Shown: in pieces, positions 61,541 through 64,000 of the stretch
Position numbering within the stretch: position 1 is the first letter of the stretch
Layout of the letters: each line of letters begins with the position of its first letter
NCBI RefSeq assembly: GCF_025526975.1
Contig: NW_026515701.1
Location: 124,001-188,000, forward strand
Direction: 5' to 3'
DNA: 64,000 nt
Source: Fimicolochytrium jonesii
Lineage: Eukaryota
The notes under the pieces: model-generated
Databases searched by the model: none
Seen by the model: the letters and a program-made list of their open reading frames with translations, nothing else
What the model was told of the DNA's origin: nothing
Made by a program: the position numbers and the translations under genes

Positions 61541-63221
61541 ATGACCGCCGACAAGAAGACCCCCGTGCTGATCGGTCTGAGCTTCGGTACGCTCAACTCT
61601 ACCCTCGCTATCGTCGGAAAGGACGGCAGGGGTGAAACTATTGCAAACGAAGACGGTGACAGAAGTATCCCCTCTTACTATGCCTTCACGGGTCACGGAG
61701 AGGAGCTAGCGGGTTCCCAGGCAAAGGTCCAGGCAATGTCCAACCCGTCGGGAACGATAACTCAATTCAGGAACCTTTTGGGGAAAAAGTATGTGTCTCA
61801 GAGGAATTCCACAGAAACTATTCAAGCAATCGCTCACCACTCTTGCACTTCACAGGTTCGATGATGAAGTTACAAAGCACCAAATCGACGCTTTGTTCAT
61901 GAATATTATCGCCTCGTCAAAGGACGCTACGCTCCCCGCCTACGAAACCGAATCCTGGCCTGAAGACGCCGAGGAGGCCAAAAAGGAGGAGCACACACCA
62001 CAGGAGGTTGCGGCAAAGTACCTTCGCAAAGTCCGCGAAACAGCCGAGAACTTCCTGGGTCACTCTGTAGACGGCTGTGTCATCTCCACACCTGTCTACT
62101 TTGCCGACGCGGAGAGGGAGGCTTTGTTGAAGGCCGTGCAGGAGGCCGGATTCGGATCGGCGTACACTGTGCATGAGCCCGTCGCGGCTGCGTTGGCCTA
62201 CGACAAGGTCGCAGAGTTGAATGCCGCCAGCAACGGGGAGAAGCTGACGGTGAAGAAAGACAAGCTCGTGGTGGTTCTGGATTTGGGAGGTCACCAGTTT
62301 AACGCTACCGTTCTGTCCTCTAACAACGGCCTGTACACCATCATCGCCTCCGAAGATGATGAGCACCTGGGTGGAGAGGAGTTTGACGAGATCCTGATGA
62401 AGTTCGTAGCTAGCGACTTCAAGCGCAAGACGAAGATGGACATTGGCAACAACCGTCGTGCCCGCGCAAAGCTGCAAAAGGCCTGCGAGCAGACCAAACG
62501 AGCCCTGACGAGGCAGGACAACGCCCCTTGCTCAGTGGAGAGTCTGTTCGAGGGCCAGGACTACCACGGCACCGTCAATCGCATGCGATTCGAATCCCTC
62601 GCCGACTCGTTGATCTCCCGCTGCATGAGCCTCATGAGACAAGTCCTGACCGAGGCTGAAGTCAAGGTCGAGGACATTGACGAGGTCCTCCTGGTCGGAG
62701 GAGCCAGCAACATGCCGCTCTTCCACCGCGCCACGAAGAACGTGTTCCCCTCCACCACCATCCGCACCGATGTGGAGCCACAGGAAGCCACCGCCGTCGG
62801 ATGCGCCGTTCAGGCCGGTATCATCGTCTCCACCCCCGCCAACCTCGACTACGCCGCCGCCTCGCAAAACACTGACGTCGTCAACGCTCAACATCTCTCC
62901 CACCCCATCGGGCTGGTCCTCGGTGACGGCAAGTTCCTCCCTGTGCTCCCCAAGCGCGCACCCATCCCATCGAGGCGTACCGTCTCATTCGGCGTTGCTG
63001 AGGGCCAGAAGGAGGTCTACCTGCAAGTGTCAGAGCAGAAGTCGGAAAAGGAGTCGATTCTCCTCGCTGAACTTGTCTTGTCTGACCTGCCCGCTGACCT
63101 GAAGACGTCCGGCGCCACGATCGACGTTGTGTTCACAATAGAGAAGGACGGTGTCCTCACCGTCTCGGCGAAGGAAAAAACGAGCGGGAACGTCGTCAAG
63201 GCGAAGATTTCACGGAAGTAG
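61541..63221 (+). CDS. SSZ1: Ribosome-associated complex Hsp70 (SSZ1/HSPA14-like); 2 exons
   Basis: IANEDGDRSIPS, atypical N-terminal motif IGLSFG, CSVESLFEGQDY, no C-terminal lid. Confidence 0.9.
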
Positions 63222-63608
63222 GAAGACGCCGACGTAGGAAGAGAGTAACGTAACATGTGGAAAAAGGCCCCCGAGTTTGCAACACCCACCCATAAACTAT
63301 CTTAGCATCTTTGTTTACACTGCCTTGGCGGTTTAGAATCCATTTTCGGTATAATTTACATCGTTGTCCCGCAGCTTCGACTCCTTGCGTTCCACTTCCG
63401 AAGTACACTCGCAATCACTCTCGCAACTTATTGGATATGAAAGACATGGTTTTGTTTTGGTTATATGTGAAGATGGACAGCTTCACAGAAGCAAGGGTGA
63501 ACTATCCCTAGATAGATATCGTCCGCCCCCTAAACTAGATGATTCGACATGACCAGAGCATCGCCCCTCATCCGTTCATGCATGGGTCACTTATGAGCTG
63601 ATATCGAT

Positions 63609-63975
63609 TTAGTGGGCACGACGGGACTCGGCAATGACGGCGGACATCTCCTCGACCTTTCTCTTGGCACGGCCGAAGGTACCGAGCTGTGGGGAGGAAA
63701 CGAAGGCAGATTTAGAGTACGCCTCATGGTGATAAAACCTGGATGGGCCCGCCTTCATAATTCTCCTAGATCCTCGCCCAATCTCCAACATCGACAGATC
63801 CCTCAGTACTACCACATCCCCATGCCATTCCCAAACTCACCCTCCTCTTGGCGAGCTTCCTCGCACGCTTGTCAGCAGAGTTCTTCAACAGCTCCATGAT
63901 CCGCTTCTCGTAAGGAGCGTATCCAGTGACTTCGCGGACGAGGTCGCGGACGAACTTGGTGCGCTTGGCCAAAGT
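63609..63975 (-). CDS. RPL36: 60S ribosomal protein L36, 3' exons (5' part outside the window)
   Basis: [28 protein letters not shown]...[17 protein letters not shown]. Confidence 0.96.
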
Positions 63976-64000
63976 CTGAGGGGAGAACCGGGAGTTTTGA

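Noticed and set aside
1..64000. CRISPR arrays, tRNA/rRNA, transposase, reverse transcriptase, Fanzor/TnpB or viral genes
   Set aside because: No spaced repeats, cloverleafs or diagnostic catalytic motifs were recognised

Overview
Gene-dense eukaryotic DNA with about 23 protein-coding genes and short GT-AG introns. It most likely comes from a zoosporic fungus (chytrid-like): fungal-type genes (ADP1, GGC1, SSZ1, RSC9-like, YAT permease) sit beside a flagellar central-pair gene (SPAG17/PF6-like), GRP94 and an E(z)-type SET gene. Order: kinesin-10, clathrin light chain, PDB1, aspartic protease, ADP1-like ABCG, POT1, PSH1-like RING, RSC9/ARID2-like, small intronless membrane protein, EZH-like, IRC20/SHPRH-like, amino-acid permease, ATP23, MIT-RasGEF protein, GRP94, CCDC24-like, DCTN4, SPAG17-like, triple-FHA checkpoint kinase, HhH-GPD glycosylase, GGC1, SSZ1, partial RPL36. 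Best leads: two helix-rich non-coding intervals (about 6.6-7.1 kb and 35.1-37.0 kb) that look like unassigned structured RNAs; a MIT/VPS9D1-like + RasGEF + terminal MIM1 protein; a Rad53/Chk2-like kinase with three FHA domains that shares a promoter carrying an X-box and tandem MCB sites with the flagellar gene; and a compact E(z) with His->Glu in the NHS motif. All assignments come from motif recognition by eye, with no database searches. Exon boundaries are manual estimates.
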